Both the position numbers and the translations under genes were made by a program. 63,695 nt of DNA from Candidatus Bathyarchaeota archaeon (GTDB lineage: Archaea; Thermoproteota; Bathyarchaeia; Bathyarchaeales; Bathycorpusculaceae): assembly GCA_963827165.1 (NCBI GenBank), contig CAWGZR010000013.1, positions 1 through 63,695 of the forward strand, read 5' to 3'. The stretch's first letter is position 1, and the number at the start of each line of letters is the position of its first letter. The notes beneath the pieces are model-generated. The model did no database searches. It was not told where the DNA came from and saw only the letters and a list, made by a program, of their open reading frames with translations. Below are positions 59,474 to 63,695 of the stretch, piece by piece.

Positions 59474-60311
59474 TTGAAAGGCGTTAAGAAATCGCCGAAA
59501 GACGAAAACGACGTTTGGCTATTCCTCTATAAGAGGGACGAAGTGAGTTTTTCGGATTGGTTAAACGGCTTTGTTGATTCAGGGCTGATGTCAAAGTCAA
59601 CTTGGTTGAAATACAAATTGGCGCTCGAAAAAGAAGGCAAAGTTAAGAAAAGAATTAGTGAAAAGACCAACACATCAGTTTATTATACACCCCCAGAGAA
59701 ACGAGAGGAACTGCAAGCCTTAGCTAAGAGAGCAGAGTTTCTTTTTGATTTAGAGGCGCTCACTCCAAAAGAGCAAATCAACAAGCTAACCAAAGAACGG
59801 GATAGATACAAGCGAATAAATCGCATTCAAGAACTGGAGAATTGCCCTTTACCAGCCAGAGCGGTCGTAAGAAATTGGAAGACTTTGGCTTTAAAATCGA
59901 GGAGTGGTATGATGAAAGCTGTAAGGACGAAGCGATGGTTTCACAATTCCTGATAACCTTCAACATGTCTACTGGGCTAACGACATAGCCGAGGAGTTGT
60001 CAAACGCCGACAAAATTGAAATCAAACTTATCCCAGCAGAAGAGTATAGCGAATTCGAATTGCACTTTAAATTAAAGGCGGATGGATGGATGCCTTTGGT
60101 TTGCAAACCAATTAAAGGAAGAGGAATAATTGGTGCTTGGAAAGAACTTTTAACTTTGCTAAAAGAGGATTTTGAGGATAGATGGCTTCAATGGGAAGAA
60201 CGATTTGAGCTAAGTAAAGAGGAGTGGGCTGTCGTGGTCAATCAGTCCGGAGATGATGGAGCATGTCGGTGTACCTCAAGAAATCGATTATTTCATTTCT
60301 CAATTTGTTAA
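59474..60311 (+). CDS. wHTH-containing hypothetical protein; two ORFs, possibly one frameshifted gene
   Basis: Divergent from the helicase; 'MSKSTWLKYKLALEKEGKV' resembles a wHTH. Confidence 0.45.
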
Positions 60312-61080
60312 CAATAAGGGGAAAAATCTTTGAGGAGCTTTTTCCATTTTCTGGTTGTGTTTCTGTCTGCGCTGAATATTTCTGCTATTTTTCGTTCGGT
60401 TAATCTTTTGCCCTTGAGTAGACCCTTGTTTTCTAACTCGTCCTGAGTTAGAGTGAATATGGCTGAAAAAAGGTGCTCAAGCTGCTTATCAGTAACTGGT
60501 CCATTATGTTTTAAGTAGTCTTCGACTTTGTAAGTTAACCTACCTATTGTAAAAGCTGAAACGCCCATATCTAACATTTTAAGGCTATTTTGCTCAACTA
60601 ACTGCTTAAAAATCCTCTCGCATTGGTTCATGGGATCTCTTTCTTTCTCTTTCAAAGCTTTGGCAACTTTCTCTGCAGTTGATGCAGAGTAAACGAAGTG
60701 CCCTTCAGTCTTCGCAAACGCAACTGCTTTCCCCACCAAAATATTCCGTCATCCTAGTTCTTCGTTATTAGCCCACGTTGTAGGCATTATCCGGTAGCCG
60801 TCGGGTTTGCTGCAGGTATTGCATTTGTAGATAACCACTCTAAAGAATGATAAATCGTCAAACAGAGGCTTCTCGGCTATGTCCTGTGTTCCACAGCTTG
60901 TACATTTACGTTTTGCGAAGACTTGTTCCTCGATGTTCTCGCTGACTTCTTTTAGCGCTATGGAGGTGATTTCGTGACCGCAGTTATCACATATAGAGGT
61001 GCGGGGGTTGGATAGTTTTCCATATACTCAGTTGAACCACAATCGGGACAGAATTTAAATTCAAAGTTTTTTTCGGTCAT
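60308..61080 (-). CDS. Zn-ribbon protein with C-terminal HTH, frameshifted
   Basis: CPDCGS, CDNCG, CTSCG and CNTC motifs; C-terminal 'TERKIAEIFSADRNTTRKW'. Confidence 0.5.
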
Positions 61081-61310
61081 TAGTTTACTTCCTTTAAGTT
61101 TGCTTTAAAATAGTTAACTGATAAGCTATCAAGAAATAGCTTGAAAACAGAGGATACGATCGCTCCTCGATACAAACCCATTTTTCACCCAAAAGCTGTT
61201 AAATTTCATCCAAGCGAGTTAGCCATTAGCTATTCAGTGACGGGCGCCTATAGGTGAGAGCTTATTAATCAAGCAGAATAAATAGCTCTGGCTATAGAAG
61301 GGGTAAAGTC

Positions 61311-62889
61311 ACGGTTAAACAACTAACACAAGAGAAAAAAGAAGCAAAAACCTCAAACGGCGCCAACTTGGGTTTTGAGGCAAAGTTATGGACGACTGCG
61401 GATAAACTACGCAACAACATGGATGCGGCTGAGTACAAACATGTCGTTTTAGGGCTTATTTTCCTCAAGTACATTTCCGATGCTTTTAAAGAAGTTTATA
61501 ATGAGTTGAAAGAATGAAAAACTGGCTGACCCTGAAGACGTAGATGAGTATAAGGTCCGAAATGTCTTTTGGGTTCCAGCTAAGGCAAGCTGGGATTTTC
61601 TGCAAAAGAACGCGAAACAACCAACAATTGGAGTTACTGTCGATGATGCCATGGATGCGATCGAACGGGAGAACAGCAGTCTAAAAGGCGTTTTACCAAA
61701 GAATTATGCCCGTGAAAGCCTTGACAAGCAGAGGCTTGGAGAATTAATCGATTTAGTCGGCACGATCGGCTTAGGCGATCGGGAAAGCCGAAGCAAAGAT
61801 GTCCTCGGCAGAGTTTACGAGTATTTTCTGGGTCAGTTTGCTGATGCAGAGGGCAAAAAAGGCGGGCAATTCTACACTCCCAAAAGCATAGTGCAACTCC
61901 TCGTCGCTATGATTGAACCCTTCAAAGGCAGAGTCTTTGACCCCTGCTGCGGCAGCGGCGGCATGTTCATACAAAGCGAAAAATTCGTAGCCGCCCACCA
62001 AGGAAGAATCGACGACATACACATCTTCGGGCAAGAATCAAACCAGACCACTTGGCGCCTCTGCAAAATGAACCTAGCCATAAGAGGCATAGAATCCAAA
62101 GAAGTAAGATGGAACAACGAAGGCAGCTTCCTAAACGACCTCACAAAGATTTGAAAGCAGACTACCTTCTTGCTAACCCGCCATTTAATGATTCTGACTG
62201 GAAAGGCGAAATGCTAAGAGAAGACATCCGATGGAAGTACGCGTTCCACCCGCTGGAAACGCCAACTTTGCGTGGGTACAACACTTCATTCACCATTTAG
62301 CACCCCATGGCGTAGCAGGTTTTGTGCTTGCAAACGGTTCCATGAGCTCCAACCAATCAAATGAAGGAGAAATACGCAAGAACATAACCGAAGCCGACTT
62401 AGTAGACTGCATGGTTGCTTTACCTTCACAATTATTCTATAATACTATGATTCAGCCTGCCTATGGTTCATAGCCAGAGATAAACAAAACAACAAATTCC
62501 GAGATCGTAGGGGTGAAGTGCTATTTATTGATGCCCGAAAGCTTGGCATAATGATAGACAGAAGACACCGAGAACTAAACCAAGAGGACATTAAAAAAAT
62601 ATGCCGATACCTACCATGCATGGAGAGGTGAACCCATAAACGGGCAAACAGTCGAATACCGAGATATTGCCGGGTTCTGCAAAACAGTGAAACTTGAAGA
62701 AATAAGAAAACAAACACATATACTAACACCCGGGCGCTTTGTTGGCAATGAGGAAGAAGTGGATGACTTGGAAGAATTCGAAGAAAAAATGAGGCGACTA
62801 ACTAGTGAACTTGCCAAACAAATCAATCAAAGCCGACTACTTGATGAAGAAATAACGCGGAATCTTAGCGAATTGGTTATGATTTCTGA
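61311..62889 (+). pseudogene. hsdM: Type I RM methyltransferase HsdM with several frameshifts (possibly sequencing errors)
   Basis: [52 protein letters not shown] spread over several frames. Confidence 0.85.
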
Positions 62890-63695
62890 AAAAGTCAATT
62901 TTAAGAAAACGGAAATAGGATACTTGCCATTTGATTGGTCAGTTAAGGAAATGGGTGCGATCGCTTTGTATTTAATCGAGGCATACCGCCCGAATATTCC
63001 AAAATTGGTCATAAGGGTTTGAATCAAAAATGCATTAGAAACGGGAGGGTGACATTAACCGATGTCAAATTCCATAAAATTAGTAAACGATTTACTGAAG
63101 AGAAGAGAATACAAAGAAACGATATATTGATAAATTCTACTGGCGTAGGTACGCTTGGTAGAGCAGCAAATATCCGAAACAATCCTTCTGATGCGGTATT
63201 AGCAGATTCTCACATTACTTAGCCAGAATCGACCCAAAGATTGCTGATCCTTTATTTGTTTCCTATTACTTGAACTCAATCCAATCTGCAATTGAAGCTA
63301 TGGGTCAGGGAACTTCAGGTCAACAAGAACTATCTCGCAACCTTGTTAAGGGCATCAAAATTCCATATCCCAATATCATTGAACAAAAGCTAATAGCTAA
63401 ACTACTTTATTCTTTAGATGAAAAATTTGATCTAAACAGCCAAAATAACCACGCTCTCGAGGCTGTTGGTGAGGCTGTTTTTAAGCGTTGGTTTGTTGAT
63501 TTTGGGTTCCCAACCAAGAAGGCAAGCCCTATAAATCATCAGGCGGAGAAATGGTCTACAACCAAGAGTTAGGAAAAGAAATTCCATCGGGATGGCAGCT
63601 AACGACTCTTGAAAAGGTTGCAGAGTTTACAAGAGGTTTTTCTTATAATGGTTTGGAGAAGAGCACCATAGATGGTGATTTGGTGTTTATGACTC
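62879..63695 (+). pseudogene. hsdS: Type I RM specificity subunit HsdS, frameshifted and truncated by the window edge
   Basis: FKKTEIG..P.DW, INSTGVGTLGR, EQKLIA..L.SLD, FKRWFVDF, ELGKEIPSGW. Confidence 0.8.

Noticed and set aside
61311-63695. Phase variation or recoding of hsdM/hsdS
   Set aside because: Many scattered single-base shifts not confined to one repeat tract; sequencing error or decay is more parsimonious

Overview
This is an archaeal window, most consistent with Bathyarchaeia. That placement is inferred from the large PQQ-propeller surface protein, PEF-CTERM-like tails, a Cren7-like protein, AfpA and a TACK-type EF-2. Only about 49.8-53.5 kb (EF-2, iron-sulfur flavoprotein, AfpA) looks like core genome; the rest is an accessory mosaic. 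(1) A head-tail virus structural module at 1-6.4 kb: cement-like protein, HK97-like capsid, neck genes, gp10, tail tube and a tail chaperone with a slippery site, cut off at a tRNA 3' fragment. (2) Sensor kinases, a redox/Fe-S cluster, an intact IS1182 with inverted repeats and a TTAC target duplication, and an array of surface proteins. (3) A second, inverted, decayed copy of the gp10/tail-tube module at 32.6-36.4 kb, in which cargo genes alternate with duplicated 3' ends of virion genes. (4) A packaging operon (regulator, operator-like palindromes, TerS-like, ParB, ABC-ATPase/GNAT, TerL) followed by a toxin-antitoxin cluster. (5) 3' fragments of what appears to be the RNase P RNA gene, next to a Zn-finger tyrosine integrase/MCM-like helicase element and a type I restriction-modification locus. 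The recurring pattern is 'duplicated gene 3' end + cargo gene', seen with virion genes, a tRNA, rnpB and sorting-signal tails. Four genes have ACG where the start codon is expected. Many single-base frameshifts may be sequencing errors.
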